A model generated the notes under the pieces. The model did no database searches, was not told the DNA's origin, and saw only the letters and a list, made by a program, of their open reading frames with translations. Made by a program: the position numbers and the translations under genes. From the NCBI GenBank assembly GCA_040954595.2, contig CM082593.2, positions 10,739,477-10,803,476 of the forward strand: 64,000 nucleotides of DNA, read 5' to 3'. This DNA comes from Balanoglossus misakiensis (Eukaryota > Animalia > Hemichordata). This document shows, in pieces, positions 25,041-38,300 of this stretch (its first letter is position 1; each line of letters starts with the position of its first letter).

Positions 25041-25800
25041 GGCGTCGTTACAGGTTTAAGTTCATCCCTCCAGTACAGTATAAGGTGGCGGCGTCGTTAC
25101 AAGTATTAAGTTCATCTCTCCAGTACAGTATTAGGTGGCGGCGTCGTTACAAGTATTAACTTCATCTCTCCAGTACAGTATTAGGTGGCGGCGTCGTTAC
25201 AACTATTAACTTCATCTCTCCAGTACAGTATTAGGTGGCGGCGTCGTTACAAGTTTAAGTTCATCCCTCCAGTACAGTATTAGGTGGCGGCGTCGTTACA
25301 AGTATTAACTTCATCTCTCCAGTACAGTATTAGGTGGCGGCGTCGTTACAAGTATTAACTTCATCTCTCCAGTACAGTATTAGGTGGCGGCGTCGTTACA
25401 AGTATTAACTTCATCTCTCCAGTACAGTATTAGGTGGCGGCGTCGTTACAAGTATTAACTTCATCTCTCCAGTACAGTATTAGGTGGCGGCGTCGTTACA
25501 AGTATTAACTTCATCTCTCCAGTACAGTATTAGGTGGCGGCGTCGTTACAAGTATTAAGTTCATCTCTCCAGTACAGTATTAGGTGGCGGCGTCGTTACA
25601 AGTATTAACTTCATCACTCCAGTACAGTATTAGGTGGCGGCGTCGTTACAAGTATTAACTTCATCTCTCCAGTACAGTATTAGGTGGCGGCGTCGTTACA
25701 AGTATTAACTTCATCTCTCCAGTACAGTATTAGGTGGCGGCGTCGTTACAAGTTTAAGTTCATACCTCCAGTACAGTATTAGGTGGCGACGTCGTTACAA
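25041..25800. repeat. 50-bp minisatellite, about 15 copies
   Basis: Unit ggcgtcgttacaagtattaacttcatctctccagtacagtattaggtggc. Confidence 0.95.
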
Positions 25801-26579
25801 ATATTACACTCCCTCCAGCAGCAGTGTTACCAAAGAACCTAATGTAAAAAAAGAATGAAATTATTTTAATAATCTGATTAGGTCAAGTCATCATATTGAT
25901 AAAGAAAACGACAAGAAGAAATCATTTAAAAATTAACGCTGCCAGCACCATTGGTTGGGCCCAAACGGTTCCCATTGTTACCAGGGTATGCCAAGGCTGT
26001 ATTCTGCTGTGAATACCAAGATATATGAAAGCTGGTCAAAGGTTACCCCAGGGTCATTGAAAATCGCAAAAAATAGCGTCAAGGACACTGTGGTCTCATT
26101 TAGTGATTACACTAGAAAAAGTCTACACAGGAGTACAGACAGACAGACACACACATAGAGAGGCAATAAAATATGATGCCCCCCCCCAGCCCCGAAAACA
26201 TCTTGATCTTATGTATGCTGGCCTGGTACAATAGACAAACCAGCCAATTAATGAAAATTTTATACAAATACAGAGCTCAAAGTTGCATTTTAGTGAGCCC
26301 AAAAGCAAATTAACTCAATGTTACGACAAATTTTACTTTTGCCACTCAAAGTTTGCATCGGTGGGGTGGGATGGCAAGTACTCTTCCCTGATACAATAGA
26401 CAAACCAGCCAATAAATGAAATGAGGTGAAGAATGAAGGTGAAGAATGAATAACTTTATTTGATTCCATTATCTAAACAAACACATCCAATTAACTTCCT
26501 ACTCAAATTTCAAAGTAATCAGTCATAGGTTTTGTAAATCATCATGAGAAATCACCCTGAAACCAAATCAAATCAAAAA

Positions 26580-26878
26580 TCATATAAGCCTAGTCGGGCT
26601 CTGCGCTCCAGCTCAAGGAACCAGTTGTGTGTACCAAAGTACAGACTCAAAACATATGGTGGATGTGCCTTTTCCCTTGTCGCGCCACAACTTTGGAATT
26701 CTCTGCCATCTGACATTCAACAGGCTTCTAGTCTCAACATTTTCAAACAAAAACTCAAGACATTTCTATTTGTCAAAGCCTACGAACACTGATGTTATAC
26801 TTTCAGCGCCTTTGGAAATAACATTGTTATTGATTCTGGCGCTTTATAAATGTTTGTTTTGATTTGATTTGATTTGAT
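26580..26878 (+). mobile_element. 3' end of an L2/CR1-group LINE
   Basis: YKPSRALRSS..LCVPKYRLKTYGGCAFSLVAPQLWNSLPSDIQQASSLNIFKQKLKTFLF followed by a (GATTT)n tail. Confidence 0.85.
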
Positions 26879-28709
26879 CCCCCAAAAATATACTATTCAA
26901 TTCATCAAGTTGATTTGAAAAACATACATGCAAATCTTACTTGAGCTACCCCTAACATGACTAACAAATTTTAAAGCAATGGAACAAGCGGTTTTAGAGA
27001 AAAAAAAATAATTAAACAAGGCTGAAATTGCTCCAAAATTATCAATATGCAAATTTTGCAACATTTCAACAAAAGTATTGTAACTCATATCACCTACATG
27101 AAGCTTCATACTAAATTTTTTTACCACAAATGAGGAAAAAGGCAAAAAATGCATAAAATAGAACATTCAAACTATTAGTTAAAAAAATACAGGATTGTAT
27201 GTGGTTGACATAAGGTACTTGCATACCAATTGTCAAATCAATCTGTAAATTATCATGAGAACAAACCCTGAAACCTTCAAATCAAATTTCAAAGCAGTGG
27301 GGGTAAAGGGGGCACAGTACGATATTTTACCCACAACTCTCCATGATTTGTATCATCGAGATTGTCCATTTAATTACTTTCTGTTTTAGATACTAACAAT
27401 GATATGAAGTACATATAACTGTATTAAGATTTATCTAGAAAAAGTATGTTGAGGAATTAGAGTGAAAATTTCAAAATCAAGATTTAAAAGCCATAGAAAT
27501 CAAAGTATTCATTCATGTACGTCAAATGTCACACTTAGGAGGAAAGAAGCAATGACTAACTGAGGTGGCCAGTCTCTGTTGAAAGTTAACATGTAAATTT
27601 CCATTGTTCTGTCTATAGAAAAAAATCAATATCGTTTTGTTTGATTAAACAAGTGTTTCAAGTGTCCCTGTTTTACTTCAAACTTTTTTGTATCGGCTGG
27701 CTATGCAATTGCTTATTTTATAAAATTTGTATCTCCTCTTTCAATAATGCATGATTTTGTTTATCATTTGAAATGGTAATTGACAATAAGATTCGCCTTT
27801 AAAGCATGCTCTCAAAATTTGTATTAGTGGTCTACAATTTTCTCTACACATGTGAACTTTGCCTGGTTTGACCGAGTAATCTCTGGTTGTACAAACCAGA
27901 GTGATTCATGGGATATTTCACGTACTGTGGGGGGTTCTGAGAAGAGTTTTGACCAAAAATGGCAAAAATCATCCCAAAAATATACTATTCAATTCATCAA
28001 GTTGATTTGAAAAACATACATGCAAATCTTACTTGGGCTACCCCTAATATGACTAACAAATTTCAAAGCAATGTAACAACCGGTTTAAAAAAAAAATTCA
28101 AAAACGGCCGAAATTGCTCCAAAATTATGAATATGCAAATTTTGCAACATTTTAACAAAAGTATGCTAACTCATATCACCTATATGAAGCTTCATACTAA
28201 ATTTCAAAGAAGTCGTCTCATCAATTTTAGAAAAGTAGATGTTTTACCAAAAATGAGGAAAAAGGCAAAAAATGCATAAAAATAGAACATTCAAACTATT
28301 CAAAATACAGGACTGTATGTGGTTGACATAAGGTACTTGCATACCAATTGTCAAATCAATCTGACCAGTGGTTTTGACCAATTTCAAATTTTCCCAGCTA
28401 ATTTGCATTTATTTAACAATTTCAACTGAATATGGCTGCCAGGTCAAATGACTGATTTGAATTTCAAGGTGCACACTCATTGGCAAGGACAACTGTGACA
28501 AATTCAAGAAGCATAGGTGTGGCAGGTTTTCAGAGCAAGGTGTAAAAAATATCCAGGGAATGGGGCCCAAGCTCCTAAAAACCCAGCACAATACCAATAG
28601 GGACTCATATTACTAACAAAGTGTAAGCCTGTAATAAGTCAAAAGCTGCACATCTTTTTACCACCTCGTGCCAGTACTAAGCAATAAGACTTTTTATATA
28701 GTTGTTTAA

Positions 28710-29442
28710 GGTGGCACTGCATGAAACCGTTGAGACTTTTTCAGAGGCCTATTTCTCATCAAAGACAAAGTTTAAACCCCCATAAACCATATATATTCTG
28801 GAAGCTGAGATTTTGAACTTTTGTTTGAGTTGCAAATATTATTGATCCCCGGAAATGGTGGCGATTTTGGGCGAAAAAACCCATTTTTTGATATTATGTC
28901 ATGAAATTTAAAATAGGTAAAAAAGTTGACCATGCATCATGCATCTTAATATGTCATTCGAAACTAAAGTACACGTGCAAAAAAACGCTAATTTTGTTTT
29001 GCGTTATCTGCTTCCATTGAGGAGTAACAGCGTTTGAAAGTTAGATTTTCTGAAAATTTGATCAAATTCACGGTGAGTTGTATTGAATCAGAGTTTATTC
29101 CCGCCAGGGACACTTTATCGACATACAAAACTAGCGTTTTGTTGGATGGGTCATACACAATTCCCTGTCAAAATTTGAGCAAATTCGGCCAATGCAGGGC
29201 GAAGCTATTTTAGTCCGAAGTTGTCAAAAGCAGCGAAAATGCAAACCGAGAAAAACGGCCATTTGCATTGTTGACACCTATTTGTTAAGCTGTGAACTCA
29301 TTCAGAAAAGTGCTATTTGGGGGTGATTGTGCACCATTTCCGCCAAGACGTATTAGTCAGGATGTGGGTGAGTATTAGGCCTACCGATTTATGTAAAAAA
29401 GTAAAATTTGGCAAAAATCACAACTTTTCATGCAATGCCACC
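28710..29442. mobile_element. 733-bp TTAA-TSD non-autonomous DNA transposon (Kolobok-like)
   Basis: ttaa|ggtggcactgcatgaaa ... tttcatgcaatgccacc|ttaa. Confidence 0.8.
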
Positions 29443-32400
29443 TTAATTGTCTCTGCTGATGCCAGAGATTGAAAAAGAATCCTACAAGTTAGGATTTTCA
29501 GAAACAATGATAGCTATTTCTATTACTGTTTGTAAACAAAAATGTGATGTTCACCGCCTTGTTTTCAGAAAAGTATTTACATAAATGTTTTTCCATAGAG
29601 TTAACACAGACATTGGCAGCCATCTTGAATTTCAAAAACTGCAACAATATCTCCAATGCAACAAATCTGCAAATTGTACTATTTGACACCTGACTTAGGT
29701 CAAGGGGTTTCAGAGATGATGACTACTCTTCAGACTCAGACAAAATAATAATGCAATATTCAGCGGAATTTCAAAAGCATTGACTAAGATCACCAAGGGA
29801 CAATTCATACCAAAGATCAAAACAATTAGACGTACCTATTTTAAAGATCATTATGAAAACTTTACAGATTCGGTTATAATGTAAATAAAAGTAGATCACC
29901 CCTGTGGACATGGCAATCAGACATGCATATTCTGACAAGATTTTTTGTTTGTACAAAAAGGCAACTGTCTCCAAAATACAAAATTACAGATTATGTCATA
30001 TACCTCAGGGAGATCAATACTAAATTTCAGAGAAAATTTCCCCCCAAATATGCAAATTTCACCATATTTTGAAGAAACAACTTGTGTCATACCTAGAAAC
30101 CTGCATAGTCAAAGTAATCTACGAGCTTAGCTTTTTTCTTCCAAAAACAGCAAAAAACTTGTTCCAAACTACAAATATGCAGAATTCAACACAATTTGAA
30201 CACACATTACTTCGCCACCCCAAGAAACCTGCACACCAATTTTAAAAGCACTTGCGCCAGTGATTTCAGAAAAGAAAAATGTTGACAGACATAGGATGAC
30301 TGAACATCTATCTACCTGTCAGATAACTTTTGCAGTGCTGAGAGCAGAGCTAGAGATTGGTGTTGTCTTTTTACATTTTAAATCATCACACTTTGCTACT
30401 CAAAGCTACTATTCTGCTATGCTTGAGAAATGACTTGGGACCATTTTTGGCAAACAATAGTCACTAATCTTCCTCAGTTTATAGTACAATGTACCTACAC
30501 TGTTTTAGTAATGTACTGAAAATGTTCAGACTATTTCTTGTGTCTGCATATGTCTTTAGTACAGAAGAATAATCTATCCGGTTGTCATTTCTCTGTTTAT
30601 TCAGAAATAAACTAGTCTGGGTTGCAACAGTAAAAATTTTAAAATATTCATACCCTTTCTGAAGGATGTTCAAAACCAATACCTATGTGAAGCATTATAT
30701 CAAATTTGCTGGGTAACTGTGGATTTATAACTTTTGCTAATTACAGTGCTAACTCACACTGGATGATTCGACGGTAATTTTAGATTCATATGAAGATTGT
30801 TTACCAATAATGTTGAAAAATACAAACAAATGCATCAAAAATAGAAAATCAAAATTAGCTCAAAACATACAGGACTGTATGAGGTAGGCATAAGGTACTT
30901 GCATACCAATTTCCAAATCAATCTGACCAGCAGTTGTTGAATTTTGCGAGTTTTGACCAATTTCACATTTTCCAGCTAATTTGCATATATTTGGTAATGA
31001 CATTTTCATGTTAACAAACTCCAATCTACAGCCCAGCCTGCATCTGCACACCAAATATCGAGGTGATATGCACAACGGTTTTCAAGTTTTAGATGTGGAC
31101 GGACATACAGACATACATCCATACAAACAGACAGACATACTGTAAAACACTTTATTTTCGCGAGCAATTAATTTTCGCCAAATACGCGAAAATAAAAAGT
31201 CGCGTAAATTGTTTTTGAAGATAACGATGCAGTGAATGAAATAAGAGAACGCGAAAATTAATACTCGCGAAACAGTGGCCTCTCTCGATATCGCGAAAAA
31301 TTTAACTCGCGAAAATACAGTACATCCATACATAAATACAGACGCAACTGATTCCATAAGGCCCATGGTACATACCATATGGGACCTAAAAACTGCAGAA
31401 GCTACACAAAACATTAATACTGAAAACATGGCAAACAGTTGTTGCTAACGGGGTTTTAAATCTCCCTTATAGATATTTTTGAACTCCCAATTTATGATTA
31501 TTGACTGTTTGATTGATTAGATGTTGCACAAATGATAGTATTATCAAAGTAAATAATATCTGTGAGAAATTTCTTTTCATATTTATTTGAATATGGATAG
31601 GGTAAGATGGGGGTTAAACAAAACTACATTTGTTCAAAAGTGGCAAAAACACAAATATGCAAAAATCACTATAATTGTACACCATCTTACTTAAATCACT
31701 ACAAGGAACATTCCTGTCAAAGTTCAAAGCAATCTGACAAGCGCTTTCAGACACAGCGAATTTGATAACCATCTACAAATATATTTTTATTTTTTAAACA
31801 ATTCTTTTACAACACCTTACTTGGGTTACCCCCCTAGGAATCTGCATTCTGAGCAAAAATTACAAAATTGCTCAAAATTATAAATATACCAATTTCACAA
31901 CAATTTGCAATTTGAACAAAAACTATGGCTTTCAGAAAGGAAGATTTTTCTTTACCAATAATGCAGTAAAAGACAAAACAATAAAAATAGAAAATTCATA
32001 ATATTAGCTCAAAACAAAACATACAGGACTGTATGGCATTTATTGACATTTATAAGAATATGGACAGGGTATGATAGGGGGGGGGGAATTATAAATTCCA
32101 AGGGGGTCATCAATTTTTTGTCATAGCTTTTTGGGGCCATAGAAAAAATAACCTAAAAAGTAGGAAATCCTACGTCCCCCTAAGCTTTCATTCTGGCCAA
32201 CAACTTTTTATGAAGGCTTCTGCAGTTGTTAAAAACAGATTGCCTGCTATGTTAGACTATCAATCTATAGAGGGGATGAAAAATGTCCTTTTGTCAAGTG
32301 TCTGGATTTTGATAACTTCAACAGGTAAAAATATATTTGTAGATGTTTATCAAATTCGCTATGTCTGAAACAGTATGCTTGCAAATGTATTAATATAGTC

Positions 32401-34607
32401 AGATAATATGAATAGTGAAGATAGCAAAACAAACAGGTTTATGCTTATAGCCATAACTTCTATTAGTGATGTACATGTTGTACTTAGCAAATAATTGTTA
32501 TGATCAACTTGGTTTTTATTGCACAAGATCTTTTTATTGCATCCATGTTTCGTTTCATTCTGGATAATAGTCTGTCTAAATAAGTTAACAGGCTTGATGA
32601 GGGTTATTTTAAACAGTGTTCTCAAAAAACCTGCAATGTCATGCCCTATATTTATAAAGTTGAGGAGAGGTTGTATTCCTAGCAGGATGTTGAAATCATT
32701 GGAGGACAAACCCTGCCAGTACCAAAAGTTGCTGGGTGTTATAAATGTTTGAGTAACCCCCCCCCCCCCCTTCCCCAATAACACAATATATACTAAAACA
32801 TTTTTACAACATCTTACTCAGTTTACCCTTAGGAATATGCCTACCAAATCAATCTGGCATGCAGTTTTAAAGAAAAAAAAAATGACCAAAAGTGGCAAAA
32901 ATTGCTCAAAATTAAAATATGCAAATTTTTCAACAATTTGAACAAAACTTTGGTTACTCAGACAACCATTAGAAGCTTCATACTAAAATTCAAAGAATGA
33001 GGCCTATAACTTTAAGAAATGATGATTTCTTTACCAATAATGTGGAATAATACAAAAAATGCATAAAAGATTTTTGGCATAAAAAATTAAAAATCGATCA
33101 TATTAGCTCAAAACATACAGGACTGTTTGAGGTAGACATAAGGTACATGCATACTGATTTTCAAATGAATGTGACCAGTGGTTGTTGAGTTTGAGTTTTG
33201 ACCAATTTCACATTTTCCTAGCTAATTTGCATATTTTTGGCAATGACAGCTTCATTTGAACAAACTCCAATCTTCAGCCTGGCCTGCATCTACACACCAA
33301 ATATCGAGGTCATATGCCCAGCGGTTTTCAAGTTTGTGATGTGGACGGACATACAGACATACATACATACATCCACCGATATCATAAGGTCCCATGGTAA
33401 AGCAAATGGGACCTTACAAAACTATGATAACTCAGATCACCTATGAAGCTTCATACTAAATTTCAAATAAGTCAGCTGATCAATTCCAGAAAAGCAGATT
33501 TTCTACCGATAATGTGGAAAGAGACAAAAAATACATAAAAAATCGAAAATTCACATTACCTCACAACATATAGAACTGTGTGAGGTTAACATAACTTACA
33601 GGAATACCAATTTTCAATTTTGAAAGCAATTTGCTCAGTAGTTGTCGAGTTCCCGAGTTTGGACGAATTTGACACTTTCCCAGCTAATTTGCATATTTTG
33701 GCAATGACAACTTCATTTTGACAACTCCCACTTAATGCCCTGCCTGCATCTCCACACTAAATATCAAGGTCACATGCCAGTGGTTTCCAAGTGTTTGATA
33801 TTGATAGACATACAGACAAACATCCATACAGACATCCATATATACAGGTGCAACTGATCCCATAAGGTCCCATGGTATAAATACATATACCTGCACCAAA
33901 TGGGACCTAATAATTCTGATAAAATGCCTACATAGTAAGTTTAAAAACCAATTGTACCTTCAACGTCCTTGGACAACAATGGCTAATATTACTTGCCAAG
34001 GGCGACTAGAATTTTGGGGGCCTGATGCAATTCTGATACATGTACTTCATGATTTAGAGATATTGTGAAAATCCTGTCAACCGAATTACAGGGAAATCAG
34101 ATTTTCCATGTAAAATCATATCACCCAAAAATGTCAAGTGTCGAAAATAATTTTGAAACAAAAAGTCTACTCAAAATCATACCAAAATTTAAATTTTAAA
34201 GCAGTACGTTAGGCAAGCAATTTGAGAATGAAGAAACTTACAAAAAAATTATAAATTGAAAATAACTTACAAATGCCGTACACAAACTTACAATCACTAC
34301 CATATTACTGTACAAGTTAAAAGGACATTGTACCAGCAGAGACATTGCGATCGAGCAATCCCCAAGATATACATGACATGGTCTAATTACAAATATTGAA
34401 TATGTAAAATAGGTACACAACACTTCCATTCTTTCAGTACAGTCAGCTGCTTGTTAACAATAGGCATGTAGCTATTTCATCAAATTTACAGCCCAAGTCA
34501 TGCCTATACAATTCTCCCTTAAGCTACCCTAAGTGAGTGATGAAAATCTCATATGGTCGACAATTGATGGCCGATTTTTGCCATGTTAAAGAAATGGGAG
34601 TTCATAA

Positions 34608-35397
34608 GGCTGCATTCACAAACACCTCTGGAGAGGGGGGGGGGGGGGCAGGAGAATTGAGCGGGGGGGGGGGGATTTGAAAAATTGAAGGTATGTAAGG
34701 GGGGATTTGAAATAATTTAGGGACTGAAAGGGGGGACTTGAAAACTTTGACGACTAAATATTTATTTTGAGTCCACAAAAATGCAGTTTCGCGCCCTTTA
34801 TTTTACACCCCCTCCCACACCCACCCCCCTCCATTCATCAACACCTTTCAATCATTAACTGGTTTATCTAGTGTCCCATGTCAGGGGACTTGCCCCCACC
34901 CCATGATAACTTTGAGCGGCGACGGTTAAATTTATCCTCCCCAACATACTGGTAGTTGAGTTAATTTGCTTTTGCCGGGTTCATAAAAATGCAGCTTTGA
35001 GCTCTGTATTTTATAAAATTTTCTTACGTGGGAGGGGGACACCCCTTCCCACACCCACCCCCTTCAATTCCCGGTTTACAATGTCTCCCAACACAGAATA
35101 CAAATACTTAAAAAATAAAAACCATGTTCAGTTTTAATACCCACTGATGAGGGGAAACATCAGTTTCAAAGTCTTTTCATGGGAGCGCTGTTTTTCTTTT
35201 TTACAAGATAGATAAGTGATGTGTTTTGCTCTGTGAAAGAAAATGGGGGGGGGGGGGGATTTTAAAATTTTGGCAGTTCAGAAGGGGGTGGGGGATTTGA
35301 AAATATTTCGGGTTGTGTACAGGGGGGGGGCATGTGAAAATTAGCAGTAAAAAAATTGAATTCTCCCCCCCATCCAGAGGTGTTTGTGAATGGAGCC
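34608..35397. mobile_element. PIF/Harbinger-type MITE with TAA TSD
   Basis: taa|ggctgcattcacaaacacctctgga ... tccagaggtgtttgtgaatggagcc|taa; the empty site ttcataagct is present in the duplicate at about 41907. Confidence 0.9.
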
Positions 35398-38300
35398 TAA
35401 GCTAAAGCTAAAGTGATAATGGGTCATAACAGACAAAATAACAAAATGTGAAAAACATTTAATGAGTTTAATATGCTAACTACGGAGACAGACATGTTTG
35501 ACCAAAGCATGAAATACACAAAATGTATCATTTCTTCCACCTCTTACTACAGTGGGTTGTAGACTTTTCGCCCAGAATGCAATGTGATTTGACCCCCTAG
35601 CGCAAAGTGAAAACCTATTTAAGGCAGCCAGAATTTTCTGCATAGTATGACGGAAACATTTGTAAAGTCATGGCTAGCGTGGGCTGGTAAGTTTATATGG
35701 GGCTCTCCATGATAACCAGTTGTGGCTTAATACCACCACCATAATTTTGAAAGGGCGACTTCACTATTTGATGGGAAAAGGTAGCCTTTACAAACAAGCT
35801 ATGGAGCATGTATACAGCAAGTTGTGCTTACCGGAAAGCGGTCTTGGATCAGGCCTAGGTATTCTCTTCCTCCTCCGGCATACGTTGAAATGCTGTGTTT
35901 AAGACTGTGAATCAAATATATGCTTATCAATTAGTAACCAATCAACCTTGCTTTAGAATTATTTGGGCCATACTAATTAGTGAAAATATGCAAAACATGG
36001 TATAATATAGGGTCAGACTGTGCTGCGATAATGTACGTGGAATACGAATCAGAGAAATCTGTAACAGCGATCTTGAAACTCCATTTACATCAGAACTGCA
36101 GTAAAGTGGTCCACATGGGTATACCACAAACATGGCAGTTAGGTGACAAGTGAAACTGACATCATATCTGTAAACGACAGGTGTACACACACTTTGACAT
36201 CTACGTAACACTGTACAATGATTTCTTAATGTTTGTTGTGAAAATGAAACTTACATTTGATCCACCTCACTTTTCATACAACTGGTTAGCGCAAGAATGT
36301 AAATTGTTGGCAATTATAAAACATTTATTTTACTATAGAAAAGTAAGCCTTTACATTTAAACTTTGAATATCAGTATACTAAAATGTTTCAAACGTGGCT
36401 GTCAGTATATCTCATGGCATGGTGGCAGAAGTACATGTTGTTACCAGGGAAGACACATTGAACATAGACAAGCGCACTAGTCGCTTGGTGATTTTTCATC
36501 TAGATTCTCAAAACTTTCTGTGCATTTGGTAGCTTTGAGCAAGTTTCTGGTACTGAGCTGAGTTTCGAATTTGGAACTGGGCTGCTTTGGCTTTGATTAC
36601 CATGGGCCAATATGATCTTATGCACACATTTTTGAAAAAAACTCCAGCCTGTTTGTGTCGTGATCTATATTTTTCTTTGTGGCCTAAGGTATTGTTTTAT
36701 TTCACTATAAACAACATTACTTTCCTTCATGTGTCTATATATAATAATAGATCTCTTAGCCAGTTTGATGAAGCATAGTGTTGGACTAGCACACTTTCAG
36801 CCAAAATTACGGTATCTCCCCGTGTATTGGTATGGGAGTAATTTCTAGCTATATGGTTAAGGAAATGCATCCAAATTTAATTTATGCTTCACATGAAGAT
36901 TTGAACTTGACCATTTAATTCATGTCATCACGATCATATCACAGGCAACCGAGGCTAGAATTCGAAGGAAAAAAGTATTGATAACTGGAAGGTGTAAATT
37001 AGTTCGTAGACATACATTGTTTCCTATTGTTTCGGTTGTGCCACGCCCGATAAAAGCAAATATACAGCAAGTCATGCTTACCATTGAGCGGTCTTAAACT
37101 CGCCCCAGACGAGGAAGAGAATCCCGAGTTGAAATGCAGACAATTTCAGGCAGCATCTGTGAATCAAATAGATATAGAAGTTAGTAACCAGTCATAGTAG
37201 CTCTAAGTTGGGTGTAAAAGTCTAAGTTGGGTGTACTAACTCTCCTTGTTAACAGTAACTTTCAAAGAAACTGAGCAATTGGTTAAAAAGATTTGCTATC
37301 CAAAAACAAAGAAATTTACAACAAACTACCTAAATATTGACAACCAGAATTTAATCAAAGTTGCACATACATGTACATGTGTTATGAAATTGTTAACTAA
37401 CTTCCAAAGCAATCAGGAACCAGATATTAACTGAATATGCTCACGTGCAGTACTGTGATTGGTTGACAGAATAACAAGATTAAAAAAACCAGTTTTAAAC
37501 CATTTTGGTTTATAGTGTATATGGTGTAAGGGTTGTGTGTTGCACCATTGTGAAATGTAAACATGTTTGTGGAATTGTTGCCTTGTCAATTTTTGTAAGG
37601 GGTTATGAGTCATGTACCCCATCCTGAACTGCATAAAAATAATAAGTCTATGGAATTCTAAAACTCTTTGATCAAAAATGGCAAGAAATATACCAAAAAG
37701 TATGAATATTTCACCAGATTTCAACAAATCTGATTTCTGTTCATGCCTAAGAACCTCTTTAACAAGTTTCAATAAGGTAGACATTTTGGCAAACAACAGG
37801 AAATTCAGACAAATCTGACTGATATCACATATATGAATTCCCATTCAAAGTTTCCAACCAATTGGACTTGTGGTATTACCGAAGACTATTTGGCCAAACC
37901 CTGCAGAAATTCCCAAAAAATACAATTATGCAAATTTCATTACAATTTGATCATATCTGACTGAGATCACCCCTAGAAACCCAAATACAAAGTATCAAAA
38001 CAATTGCACCTACATTTCACAGGAATGGATTTTTTGGCAAAAACAGGAAATATTGCCCAAAAATGCATTTTTGCAAATTTCACCACCGTTTGCACAAATG
38101 TGATTCAGGTAAGCCCTATGAACCTCCATACCAAGTTTCCAATCAATTGGACATGTAATTTCAGAGAAAATTTTTTTTTAACAAAACTGCAGAAAATTCC
38201 CCCAAAAATTCATAAAAAATAGGAAACGCCAGATACTGACTCCACCTGAACAAAATCATACGAGGTCTTCCCAAAGTACTTGCACACCAATGCACGCCAA

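Noticed and set aside
26560-26585. (AAATC)n as an inverted LINE tail (twin priming)
   Set aside because: A similar ccctgaaacc..caaatcaaat context occurs at about 27266 in the host repeat, so it is host sequence.
34331-34385. Additional hairpin micro-exon between A and D
   Set aside because: Weak splice sites, and the substitution in the duplicate copy disrupts the stem on the minus strand.
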